This document shows positions 49,543 to 59,340 of a stretch of 64,000 nucleotides of DNA, piece by piece. This stretch comes from an uncultured candidate division Zixibacteria bacterium (GTDB lineage Bacteria; Zixibacteria; MSB-5A5; GN15; FEB-12). Each line of letters opens with the position of its first letter. Positions within the stretch are counted from its first letter, which is position 1. Location: positions 1,376,001 through 1,440,000 of the forward strand of contig OY760907.1 in the NCBI GenBank assembly GCA_963664195.1. The letters run 5' to 3'. The notes below the pieces were generated by a model. It saw nothing but the letters and a program-made list of their open reading frames with translations. It was not told the origin of the DNA and did no database searches. The position numbers were made by a program, and so were the translations under genes.

Positions 49543-50327
49543 GTGTGCGATTTCGTACAGTGACGCGAATTCTGCGTTGTTGTACTGTGTGATCCGGACA
49601 GGGGGGGCCGTTGCGAGGATAATCCCGCTAATAGCAAGGGGGCGGGTCGATTGCCTCGTGATGCCCGGCGCAATAATCCTTGACAAATGTCGCGCTCCAT
49701 ATTAGTTTATTAGCGCAAAAGGTTCCCTCATTATATACGGGAAACATTACAACAGCGATGCAACACCGCGAGAGGTGCGCAACCGCCTCTCCAATATGAA
49801 TGACACCGGGATATAACAACGAGATGTTTCTAACCGTAGTTAAACCCCATTATATCACACGCTTGAGTTTTCTCCCATAGTACGGGATGGACTCCACAGG
49901 TTTGTATTGCAGCAATGTGAGATGTGTGCGAACACGTCTCCGATAAGAACGACAACGGGACTAAACAACTGAGTGGCTTTTTCGTATTAGCGCCTCCCAG
50001 TGGCATACGCGCCGGCAACACGTCTTTCAGTCGGCAGGTGTGTTCCCACATGATGACAAGTCTATAATGTATTGCAACAGTCAAACGAAACGGTTGTCGA
50101 TGAGGCTTCGGCAAAGGGCGCAGACACCCCTGTGTCTGAACGAACGGGGCGATATGTCGCTGTTTGAGAAGGGAGGTGTATTCACAGCAGAGAGTAACAA
50201 GGAGCCGCTTCGGTATCAGTATAAGCATGCCGTACGGTGATTTTATTTGATTCGATTGTTGAAAGCAGGATTTGCCCGTTCTAGAGGGTGAATCGAGAAC
50301 TCAAAGTGTTCGAAAGGGAAAATTAGC

Positions 50328-53300
50328 ATGACAAAGAAGGTACTAACGATTTTAGTCCTTACTGCGCTGCTGTCCATGGGGCTGACAATGTCAGTATTCT
50401 CGAAGTCCCTTGAGGCTTCCGGAAACCGGACTTCCGCCGTTGATCGGATGGCGATGTTCCCGACCATGGAAAAAGTAGCAGTCACTGATCCTGATCAGTT
50501 GACCCCGAAGAATCCCGCCGAAGAGAAGCTTCGCTGGATTCCGCTTGGTGCGGCTATGTCCAAAGCCCCTGGCTTCGGTGAAGTCGTTGACCACACCTAC
50601 GATGATTACCAGTGGCAGGATGAGGTCAATGACCACGTCGCCGTCACTCAGGGCACCGGCATGGCCGATGTCCATTTCGTTTACATGGATGCTCCGGACA
50701 CTGACTCCGGCACCGTGAGACGCGGTGGATACAACGTCTATGACGCCACCGACGGCTCCTGGCCGCAGACTCAGGATATCGGTTGCTTGTTGCAGGCTTC
50801 CGGTGACAACGGCGGCGGCTCCGCGGGCATCGACGTATTCCCCGACGGTCTCGTTGTTATGACCGCTTTTGACTCCGAAGGTGAACCGGTCATCGGCGAC
50901 CATACCTTCTACTATCAGGAGTTCCCGCACGACTGTAACTGGCTGACCAACTACGTGCCGCAGGCGACCTACACCGCCGTCACCGGCTGGGCCGATCCGG
51001 ACTCCACCGGTTTTGTGCTTCCGTCGATCGCCACGCAGATGAACGGTACCGACAAGATCACCCACGTATTCGGTTGTGAAAACGGCCGTACCGGTAGCCT
51101 CGACGGCCAGGCGTGGGGTGCTGTGCAGCTGTTCTACTTCCGCAAGGTCGGTGATCTTGACGCCGGTTCTTGGACCAATGGCGCCCTGATTGACTCCGTT
51201 CTTCTCTGGGCCGGTCACAAAATCGTTGCCAACCAGAATACCGGCGATGTGGCTGTCTTGTACAACCACCTTTCCGCAACTGGTATCTCCATGGGGAACT
51301 GGATTGACCACGACCTGTACATCCGCGAGTCCTCCGACTACGGTGTGACCTGGGGTCCCAAGACCAACGTCACTCAATTCGTGCATGACGGTACAGAGAC
51401 CGCTGTGACTTACTCCTGTTCCTCCGGCGAAGACATCGACGCCATTTACGACTCAAACAATGACCTGCACGTTGTCTTCACGGCTATGCCGATCCCAATT
51501 GATCCGTATGACGCGCGCACTCTGTTTGATGAGTGGGGTGACTTCAACTGTGATCTGCTTCACTGGTCCCGTACCGTTGCCGGCCCCAATGCCGGTGGTA
51601 CGATCGTGAAGGTTGCCGACGGTTCTTACGACCCGACTGCATGGGATGCGTTCGACTGGAACGTTTACGTTTGCGGTTTTGGCCCGAACACGTTCGATGC
51701 TCAGTACATCACCAATCCGCAGCTTGCCCAGTGCGATGGTCATTTGTACACGGTTTGGGGCCAGATGAACTCCAAGCTTGGCCATTTCGACCCGCTGGTC
51801 GATACGACCTTTGCAGACTCTATTCTCGGTCACGCCATGGATTGCCAGGGTGAGCGTCTGAACGACAACCGCGCTGATGCCAACTGGGAAATCTTCGTCA
51901 GTGTTTCTACCGGCCTCAACGGTCTCCTTTGGGACCCGGCACGTAACCTGACCAATACGGCCACTGACACTTGCTGGCCGGATTCCGGTCGCCCGTGTGG
52001 TGATGAGTATGCGGTTTCTATGTCCGCCCAGCCGATCCAGCAGACCGGCGGTCTCGTCTTCCCGGCGAACGAAGTTGTCCCGGGCGGCGGCACCTATGCT
52101 GGCGACAAGTGGCTGAACCTGACCTACATTGATGATGAATACCCGTCAGCCTGGTGGGTCGGCGACGATGGTGGCCTGGAGTATCCGGCCAGCTTCAACG
52201 CTGTCCGCTGGCTGCGTATGGCCTGTGTACCGCAGGTTGGCAAGGCCATCATCGAAGTTGACCAGGGCGATCTCGTATGGCCGTATCATATGCTGTACGC
52301 CGATGGTGCTGCTGACTACACGGTCACCGTGACCAACTCCGGCAACCTCGATCTGGATGTCTCCAGCATCGTTGTCAACGAGACCGGCGCCGCCACTGGT
52401 TGGCTGAGTACTTCCGTTTCCGACATGACGGTCCCGGCCGGTGTGGGTAACACCTCCACCTTTACGATGACCCTTGATCCGTCCGGTCTTTCCGGCCCGC
52501 AGTGGCTGACCGGTACTGTGACGATCAACTCCAACGCTGACAACAACCCGATCTACATCATCAGCATTAACATTCTTGTTGCTGACGAGGTCGAGCAGTT
52601 TGCGTTTGATACGGTTGCTACTTCCACCGCCTGGGATTCCAAGGGCGCTCGTGGCCTCGGTGACAATGTCGCTCTGACCGTTAGCAACTTTGGTGAACTC
52701 GGCAACGGTGGCGAGGGCGGCGTGAACCTGGACTTCACGGTTGATGGCGGCGACTGCAACGCCGACGCCACGGTCTATCTGTTCTCTTCCTCGCCGTTCA
52801 TCCTGGAATACGACGGTGCCAACACCGCCATCACGACCTCCCTGTATCGTGACAACCAGGCCGACGCCTGCAGCTTTGATCCGTATCCGGAAATTCCGGC
52901 CACCGCTGGCTGCATCGGCACCGACTATTGCTTTGTTTCGACTGGTACTATGGTTTCCCGCGACTCCACACTCGGCATGATGCGCCGTGTGATTGCTCCG
53001 GATAACAATCCGGGTAACCCGAGCTTTGTGGTTGTTGAGACCAAGCTGTATGCTCGTGACGGCATGGCCCACACCGGTATCACTGTCGGTGATGCCACCG
53101 ACTGGGATGTTCCGTCCGACGACGGCTCTGATAACATTTCTGGCGGTACCACCCCGTCCGGCACCGGCGGCATGTTCCTGTATCTGCAGGGCTCCGACAC
53201 GACCGGCTCGGAATCCTGTCAGCCCAACACCAATCGTTACGCTGCTCAGGCCATGCTCGGCTGGTACACCAATGCCGAGTTCAATGCCGACGAAGAATCC

Positions 53301-53849
53301 AACAACCTGGCCTTCCATAGTGCCCAGGGCGTTGAAGTCCGTGATTATTTCGATGATCCGGATGGCGAGTACGAGCCGGATGCCGATCTGTGGCGCACTA
53401 CCGTGGCCACCAGTGGCGTGACCGGTCAGGGTACGCTGGGCGACCAGGGTTCCTACTTCACGTACATATACGACTATACACTCGGTGCCAACGACACGCT
53501 GACCTTCTACACGCTGATGGCGACCCTTCGTAACGGTTCGCTGGACGACCTGAAGGCCAATGTTGAAGACGCCAGAGATTGGTATTGGGAGTACGTCCGC
53601 GGCTTCGGCAGCAGCACCTGCTGTACAGGCCCGTCTGTGGGTAACGTCGACGGTTCCGCTGACAACTTCGTGACGATGGGTGACCTTACGGTCCTTATCG
53701 ACCACCTGTTTATCAGCCTCGCTCCGCTGGATTGTGTTGCTGAAGGTAACGTGGATATGTCTACTGACGGGTTTGTGACGATGGGTGACCTTACGGTCCT
53801 TATCGACCACCTGTTCATCAGCCTCAATCCGCTCCCGCCGTGTCCGTAA
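50328..53849 (+). CDS. Large secreted protein: BNR-like propeller region, Ig-like domain, Cys-flanked dockerin-like C-terminus
   Basis: Signal peptide; SSDYGVTW BNR-like motif; VTNSGNLDL Ig-like; duplicated VTMGDLTVLIDHLFI. Confidence 0.8.
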   Translation: MTKKVLTILVLTALLSMGLTMSVFSKSLEASGNRTSAVDRMAMFPTMEKVAVTDPDQLTPKNPAEEKLRWIPLGAAMSKAPGFGEVVDHTYDDYQWQDEVNDHVAVTQGTGMADVHFVYMDAPDTDSGTVRRGGYNVYDATDGSWPQTQDIGCLLQASGDNGGGSAGIDVFPDGLVVMTAFDSEGEPVIGDHTFYYQEFPHDCNWLTNYVPQATYTAVTGWADPDSTGFVLPSIATQMNGTDKITHVFGCENGRTGSLDGQAWGAVQLFYFRKVGDLDAGSWTNGALIDSVLLWAGHKIVANQNTGDVAVLYNHLSATGISMGNWIDHDLYIRESSDYGVTWGPKTNVTQFVHDGTETAVTYSCSSGEDIDAIYDSNNDLHVVFTAMPIPIDPYDARTLFDEWGDFNCDLLHWSRTVAGPNAGGTIVKVADGSYDPTAWDAFDWNVYVCGFGPNTFDAQYITNPQLAQCDGHLYTVWGQMNSKLGHFDPLVDTTFADSILGHAMDCQGERLNDNRADANWEIFVSVSTGLNGLLWDPARNLTNTATDTCWPDSGRPCGDEYAVSMSAQPIQQTGGLVFPANEVVPGGGTYAGDKWLNLTYIDDEYPSAWWVGDDGGLEYPASFNAVRWLRMACVPQVGKAIIEVDQGDLVWPYHMLYADGAADYTVTVTNSGNLDLDVSSIVVNETGAATGWLSTSVSDMTVPAGVGNTSTFTMTLDPSGLSGPQWLTGTVTINSNADNNPIYIISINILVADEVEQFAFDTVATSTAWDSKGARGLGDNVALTVSNFGELGNGGEGGVNLDFTVDGGDCNADATVYLFSSSPFILEYDGANTAITTSLYRDNQADACSFDPYPEIPATAGCIGTDYCFVSTGTMVSRDSTLGMMRRVIAPDNNPGNPSFVVVETKLYARDGMAHTGITVGDATDWDVPSDDGSDNISGGTTPSGTGGMFLYLQGSDTTGSESCQPNTNRYAAQAMLGWYTNAEFNADEESNNLAFHSAQGVEVRDYFDDPDGEYEPDADLWRTTVATSGVTGQGTLGDQGSYFTYIYDYTLGANDTLTFYTLMATLRNGSLDDLKANVEDARDWYWEYVRGFGSSTCCTGPSVGNVDGSADNFVTMGDLTVLIDHLFISLAPLDCVAEGNVDMSTDGFVTMGDLTVLIDHLFISLNPLPPCP

Positions 53850-53897
53850 TCGACGGTTGGATATGACTTGACACTGGTTGTCAGGTCTTGATTATTC

Positions 53898-53933
53898 GGG
53901 CGGTCACTCTCGCGGGGGTGGCCGCCTTTTCTT
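53898..53933 (+). terminator. Rho-independent terminator
   Basis: GGCGGTCACTCT...GGGGTGGCCGCC-TTTTCTT. Confidence 0.8.
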
Positions 53934-54300
53934 AGAGTGTGAGAAATTCGGAGAAGGCTGATACACCCGGATTGCGGCGTTATCAGCGGGTTGACGGGTA
54001 GTGTGACGAGATTTCGCGGCGTGCGATCATAATTACCATGTGCTGCACCACTAAGGTGCGAGGCAACTTGGCCTTATGGCGGTTTTTTGGTTGACAAACT
54101 TTTCAATTTTCTGTTGACTGAATGGCTTCGAAGCAGTATTCTTTTTTTACGAAAGAATGGCTGAAAAATACAGGTATCGAGTCGTAGTTTGCTCGGCTGT
54201 CCGGGTTGGGAGGTGAGACTGGAACAAATTTGTTAATGTTTTTCTTTTATGGATTGATAACACTGATGATGTAATTTCTAGAACGGAGGCTCATTTAGAC

Positions 54301-55158
54301 ATGAAAGCCAAATTTATCATAGCCCTAATCGCCGTCGTACTGATGGCCATGCCGGTTTTCTCACAGGATGCCGGTGAAGTTGATTCCATGTTTCTGCAGG
54401 CGTCGGTGACTCCTGACTTGGTTGCCGGTGACTCTCTACTTGCGCTGGACCTGTACCTTTGGAACGATGCCAACGATCTGGCTGGCGTTTCTGCCGGATT
54501 CACCTGGGACTTTCCCGGTCTGAAGCTTGACTCCGCGGCATTGACCACGACTGGCGCCACTGCGTTTAATTATCCGTTGCAGTTCTACTATTACAAGAAC
54601 AGTTTGGATTCGTCAAATGCCTACCGGTTGTTCCAGCTTTCCGCCACCAGGCTGTCGGGCGACGGTTTGCCGCAGTCTTCAGTAGCGAAGCACGTGGCCA
54701 CGTTCTACTTCCATGTCGAGGCCATGACGTATCAGACGGATGCGATCACGTTTGACACTATCCAGTTTGGCGGTACCTACTTCCAGTTTACTCCCCTGCC
54801 GGGCAGTGCTTACTTCGTTGCCTACAGGGAGCTGGCCCCCATCATGGATGCTTCGGATGTGGACCCGAGCAACAACAACTTGCCGAAAGAGTTTGCGCTG
54901 AATCAGAACTATCCAAACCCGTTCAACCCGGCCACGACTGTTGAGTACGCCGTCCCGATTGCTTCGCATATCGACGTCTCAGTGTTCAACGTTCTGGGTC
55001 AGAAGGTAACGACACTTGTCAACGAAGATAAGGCCGCTGGCATCTACGACGTTCAGTGGGATACGCAGAAGAGCAATGCCGCCTCCGGTATCTACTTCTA
55101 CAGACTCACCGCTGACGACAAGGTTCTTGACACCAAGAAGATGATGCTGCTCAAGTAA
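54301..55158 (+). CDS. Small secreted protein: single cohesin-like beta-sandwich + T9SS/FlgD-like CTD
   Basis: Signal peptide; LAGVSAGFTWD...VATFYF; QNYPNPFNP...KKMMLLK. Confidence 0.8.
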   Translation: MKAKFIIALIAVVLMAMPVFSQDAGEVDSMFLQASVTPDLVAGDSLLALDLYLWNDANDLAGVSAGFTWDFPGLKLDSAALTTTGATAFNYPLQFYYYKNSLDSSNAYRLFQLSATRLSGDGLPQSSVAKHVATFYFHVEAMTYQTDAITFDTIQFGGTYFQFTPLPGSAYFVAYRELAPIMDASDVDPSNNNLPKEFALNQNYPNPFNPATTVEYAVPIASHIDVSVFNVLGQKVTTLVNEDKAAGIYDVQWDTQKSNAASGIYFYRLTADDKVLDTKKMMLLK

Positions 55159-55174
55159 GCAGTTTCGATTTCGC

Positions 55175-55209
55175 AAGACCCCCTGCCTGCGGGCGGGGGG
55201 TTTTTCTTA
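55175..55209 (+). terminator. Rho-independent terminator
   Basis: C-rich/G-rich stem followed by TTTTTCTT. Confidence 0.75.
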
Positions 55210-55370
55210 TGCCGCCCGCCGACCGGGCCCTCAAGACCGAATCTGACTTTCAACCGATTGAACGTAAACAGGTTAGACGATTTCTGTTGACATGGCAGGG
55301 CCAAAATCGTATCGTATAGGTTACTCTAATGTCGGCGATTTTTGTAAGTACTTGAACGACAAGGATTTAT

Positions 55371-57581
55371 ATGTTAGGGGTCATCGGTAACAAGTTCTCT
55401 ATCGGAAAAGAAACCTACCAGCCTTATGCTGCTGAACTCCACTATTTTCGCGTGGAAAAACGGTACTGGTCCATCTGCTTCGAGCGGATCAAGCGGGCCG
55501 GTTTTCGAATCATTGCAACGACGGTACCGTGGAACGTTCACCAGGATGCTGCGAAGAATGTTGATTTCTCCGGTTTCGATGATCCCCGCCGGGATCTGAT
55601 TGTCTTCCTTGAGCTGGCCCGCGAGTTCGGATTCAAGGTTATTCTGCGCCCCGGTCCCTGGGTTGCCGGTCAGGTGGCTTTCGGTGGTTTGCCGAAAAGT
55701 CTGTTCAACGACATCAAGGTGTTTGCCCGTGATTCAAAGGGGCAGGAAGTCGCGTTGCCGGATGAGCATGGCGTCAAGGGTGGTTACCTGGCATCTTACA
55801 TGCACCGCAATTTCCAGTTCCACTTGAGAAACTATTTCAAGGCATTCATCGAGACCACGAAAAACTACATCCACCCGCGTGGCCCGGTTTTCATGATCGA
55901 GCTTGACTCAGAGACTTCCTTTGCGCGGATGCTTGATCCTGACAGGGCTGATTACAACCCCGATGTTCTTGCTGACTACTACCCGCCGTTCCTGATGACC
56001 CGTTACGAGGACATCAAGAAGCTGAATCAGGCTTACAAGGAAAAGAATGCTGACTTTGATGCGGTGGAGCCGCCGCGTAACTTCAAAGACCTCGATTTGA
56101 AGGACTATCCCAAAGTCTTGGACTGGTTTCATTTCCGGGAATACCTGCTGAATGAGTATCTTGCGGTACTTGAAGACATTTTTAAGTCGTATACGGTAGA
56201 GCCGTTGTTCTTCAGGTCGTTATATTTCAAATCCGGTGATCTTCTTCCGGCCTTCAATCTTGTGCCCGAAGACCGTGCGCCATTCCTCGGCGCCAACGTG
56301 TTTCCGGAGGGTAGTTACTTTGATTTGGCCAACAAGGCCCGCTTCCTGAAGTCCGAATACGGTTTTGCATTTGCCACTTCCTTCTATTCCGGAGTAGCCG
56401 CCTCCGATCCTGAGCGCGAAGAGAAAATCGCTCCGGTCACGAACAACCAACGACGTTTCTATCTCACTGCCGGTCTGGCCAACGGTTACAAGGGGCTGAA
56501 CCACTACATGTTTGTGGACCGGGATCACTGGTATGGTGCACCGCTTCGAGCTGACGGTACCGTTACCCCGGGTTACGAGATTGTTCGCAACTTCAATCAG
56601 GCCGTTTCGACTATCGGGTATGAGGACATGGATTTCCAGCCGGAAATTGCAGTGGTTGGCAACCGTCTCTATTACTGGTTGCGGGAGACCTCGGCGACAA
56701 AGGAACTTCAATATGTCCAGCGCTTGCTCGACGAAACAACAGTTGGTTTCTGTCGCGATCTGGCTCGTTTGAGGCTCGAATACGGTATTCGGGAGAATCG
56801 CGATTATGCCTCCATGACGAAATACAAGCTCGTGTTTGTACCTTCGACAGAGATCATGTCCGAGCGTGATCAAGAGGCGTTAGTTGAGCTGGCCAAGGCC
56901 GGTGTGTCGATTATCATGTCCGGCGTGATGCCGAAGTATGATGAAAACCTCAAGGATTGCCAGGTTCTTGCCAACCATTTCAGGATAAAAACGACTGCCG
57001 ACTATAAGATTGCCTCGATCGAAACCAAGTCGGGCGATTTCCCGTGTTATATGTATGGTTCCATTCGCACCAGTGACGACGCCAAGACCCGCAAGTTGGC
57101 CACAGCCGACGGCAACAAGCTGGTAGGTGTTTGCTCGACGCGATTCAAGGGCAGCCTCTATTTCTTTGGTTTCGACTTCACGTCAGGCGGAAATCATCAC
57201 AAACTCGCCTTTGTCGAGTCTATCGTGCACTCGATTATGGAGCCGTCGCAAATGTACTGCAGCGACCCGTCGGTGTCTGTCTCATTCCAGATGGGTGACA
57301 AGAAGGGGCTTCTCTTTGTAGTTGTACCGCCGCCGGGAGAACTGTCAGACGGTTTGGAGGTTTCCAGCAAGCAGGTGATTATCAGGGCAGATCTGAGGTC
57401 CTCCGGCTTCAGCGCTGCCAAAATCAGGCTGACGAATATTCTAGAGACCCCGCCGGAACCGCCTGAAGAAGGCGAACCGATTGATGTTTCTATCAAGACG
57501 ACAGCCAAGGATCTTCGTATCGGTATTCCGCTTGATGTGGATTATCCGGATGGCTGTATCTTCCTGGTTGAAAAGCGCTAA
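55371..57581 (+). CDS. GH35/GH42-like beta-galactosidase family protein, cytoplasmic
   Basis: AELHYFR, VPWNVH, VILRPGPW..GG.P, GLNHYMF motifs; no signal peptide. Confidence 0.8.
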   Translation: MLGVIGNKFSIGKETYQPYAAELHYFRVEKRYWSICFERIKRAGFRIIATTVPWNVHQDAAKNVDFSGFDDPRRDLIVFLELAREFGFKVILRPGPWVAGQVAFGGLPKSLFNDIKVFARDSKGQEVALPDEHGVKGGYLASYMHRNFQFHLRNYFKAFIETTKNYIHPRGPVFMIELDSETSFARMLDPDRADYNPDVLADYYPPFLMTRYEDIKKLNQAYKEKNADFDAVEPPRNFKDLDLKDYPKVLDWFHFREYLLNEYLAVLEDIFKSYTVEPLFFRSLYFKSGDLLPAFNLVPEDRAPFLGANVFPEGSYFDLANKARFLKSEYGFAFATSFYSGVAASDPEREEKIAPVTNNQRRFYLTAGLANGYKGLNHYMFVDRDHWYGAPLRADGTVTPGYEIVRNFNQAVSTIGYEDMDFQPEIAVVGNRLYYWLRETSATKELQYVQRLLDETTVGFCRDLARLRLEYGIRENRDYASMTKYKLVFVPSTEIMSERDQEALVELAKAGVSIIMSGVMPKYDENLKDCQVLANHFRIKTTADYKIASIETKSGDFPCYMYGSIRTSDDAKTRKLATADGNKLVGVCSTRFKGSLYFFGFDFTSGGNHHKLAFVESIVHSIMEPSQMYCSDPSVSVSFQMGDKKGLLFVVVPPPGELSDGLEVSSKQVIIRADLRSSGFSAAKIRLTNILETPPEPPEEGEPIDVSIKTTAKDLRIGIPLDVDYPDGCIFLVEKR

Positions 57582-57609
57582 GTCTCAAAAAGGTCTCACA
57601 GGGGGACGC

Positions 57610-59340
57610 ATGATTCTCTCACGCCCCATTGAATCGGCTGTGCTTCGGGGACGGCCGTTCGTTTCTATCTTTGTTCTGGCCTCGGTTGTGCTGGCACTGT
57701 TTGCTTCGTGCGATAGCATTCACACGACCACCTTCTACAGTCACGGTGTTGTTGCCTCGGCCTCGCCTCTGGCTTCGAAAGTAGGTGAAGAAGTATTCCG
57801 CCAGGGCGGCAATGCCTACGATGCGGCTGTTGCAGTCGGCTTTGCCCTTGCGGTCACCTACCCACAGGCGGGCAACATAGGGGGGGGCGGTTTTGCCGTG
57901 ATGCGTGACGCGGAGAACGGCGAAGTTACCTCACTCGATTTCAGGGAGAAAGCTCCCATTGGCGCCACCGAGACGATGTATCTCGACGATTCCGGCAAAG
58001 TCATTCCTGATCGTTCGACCTACGGCGTTCTTGCTGCGGGTGTTCCGGGGACGGTTGCCGGCCTGCACGAGATCTGGGAAAAGTACGGTACGCTGCCCTG
58101 GGAGGATCTGGTAGGCTACGCAGCTCGCCTGGCTGACTCCGGTTTTGCCGTCGACAGCAGTCTGGCATCAAAACTTGCGGAATCTCGGAAGAAATTGACC
58201 GGATTTGAGTCGACCGCCGCTGTCTTCTATCCTGGAGGACAAACGCTTAGGGTAGGCGACAAGTTGCTGCTCAAAGATCTCGCCGTAACCCTGTACGCCA
58301 TCGCTGCCGAGGGGCCGGATGTCTTCTATACCGGCCAGGTGGCAGAGAAAATTGTGGCGACCTCGGCTGAGTACGGCGGTCTGATTGCGGCGGAAGATCT
58401 GGCAGAGTATCAACCGGTATGGCGAGATCCTGTCCGGTTCACGTTCGACTCCCTCGAAATCTACAGCATGCCTGCTCCGAGTTCGGGCGGTGTCATTCTC
58501 GGCCAGATTCTGAAACTGCTGGAGCCTTACGATTTTGCGCATTATTCCCCCGACGCGCCTTCGTACATTCACCTCTTTGCTGAGGCGTCGCGACTGGCTT
58601 ATGCCGATCGAGCGGTGCATCTTGGAGACCCCGATTACTACGATGTGCCTTCGAGCATGTTGGATTCATCGTATCTGGCGACCCGGCGGGCAACAATCAA
58701 TCTGGAAAATGCCGGTAACTCCAAAGATGTCGCCGCCGGAAACCCGGCTAAGTACGAATCCGATGAAACGACACATTTCTGTGTTTGTGACCACGAAGGC
58801 AACATGGTGTCGATCACGACCACCCTCAACGGCAACTTCGGCTCCAAACTCGTGGTAGGGGGGGCAGGGTTCCTGCTGAACAACGAGATGGATGATTTTT
58901 CGATCAAGCCGGGTTATCCGAACCAGTTTGGTCTGGTCGGAGCCGAGGCAAACAAGATTGAGCCCGGCAAGCGGATGTTATCCTCAATGTCTCCGACTGT
59001 CGTGCTTCTTCGCGGGAAGCCGTTTATGCTGCTTGGCGCGCCGGGCGGCTCCAAGATAATCACGACCGTGGCGCAGGCGATTCTTAACTTCACACGGTTT
59101 GGTATGACGTTGCCGGAGACGGTGGCCTATCCACGGTTCCATCATCAGTGGTTGCCGGACAGAGTTGATTTTGAGAAAGGCGCCTTTGATCCCGAAACCG
59201 TCAAGGCAGTCGAGGGCTACGGGCATGCGGTGAAAGACCGCCCCCCATATTCTGATCTTCAGATAGTCTTTATTGGGTCATCGGGGCTGATGGCAGGTGC
59301 TTCAGACCCCCGTGGGTGTGGCGCTGTCTGCGGCTACTGA
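57610..59340 (+). CDS. ggt: Gamma-glutamyltransferase (probable lipoprotein)
   Basis: GGNAYDAA, DFRE, VPGTVAG, ETTH, LNNEMDDF, KRMLSSMSP, GAPGGSKI; LALFASC lipobox-like. Confidence 0.96.
   Translation: MILSRPIESAVLRGRPFVSIFVLASVVLALFASCDSIHTTTFYSHGVVASASPLASKVGEEVFRQGGNAYDAAVAVGFALAVTYPQAGNIGGGGFAVMRDAENGEVTSLDFREKAPIGATETMYLDDSGKVIPDRSTYGVLAAGVPGTVAGLHEIWEKYGTLPWEDLVGYAARLADSGFAVDSSLASKLAESRKKLTGFESTAAVFYPGGQTLRVGDKLLLKDLAVTLYAIAAEGPDVFYTGQVAEKIVATSAEYGGLIAAEDLAEYQPVWRDPVRFTFDSLEIYSMPAPSSGGVILGQILKLLEPYDFAHYSPDAPSYIHLFAEASRLAYADRAVHLGDPDYYDVPSSMLDSSYLATRRATINLENAGNSKDVAAGNPAKYESDETTHFCVCDHEGNMVSITTTLNGNFGSKLVVGGAGFLLNNEMDDFSIKPGYPNQFGLVGAEANKIEPGKRMLSSMSPTVVLLRGKPFMLLGAPGGSKIITTVAQAILNFTRFGMTLPETVAYPRFHHQWLPDRVDFEKGAFDPETVKAVEGYGHAVKDRPPYSDLQIVFIGSSGLMAGASDPRGCGAVCGY

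Noticed and set aside
52146..53810. 554-aa minus-strand ORF (also 50391-51386, 40853-41827, 31341-32120, 28952-29824, 8749-9570, 274-1059)
   Set aside because: Antisense shadows of well-supported plus-strand genes with biased codon usage; no motifs
29984..53849. Duplicate dockerin tails as a DGR template/variable repeat pair
   Set aside because: No reverse transcriptase in the window, both copies are coding, and differences are not adenine-specific
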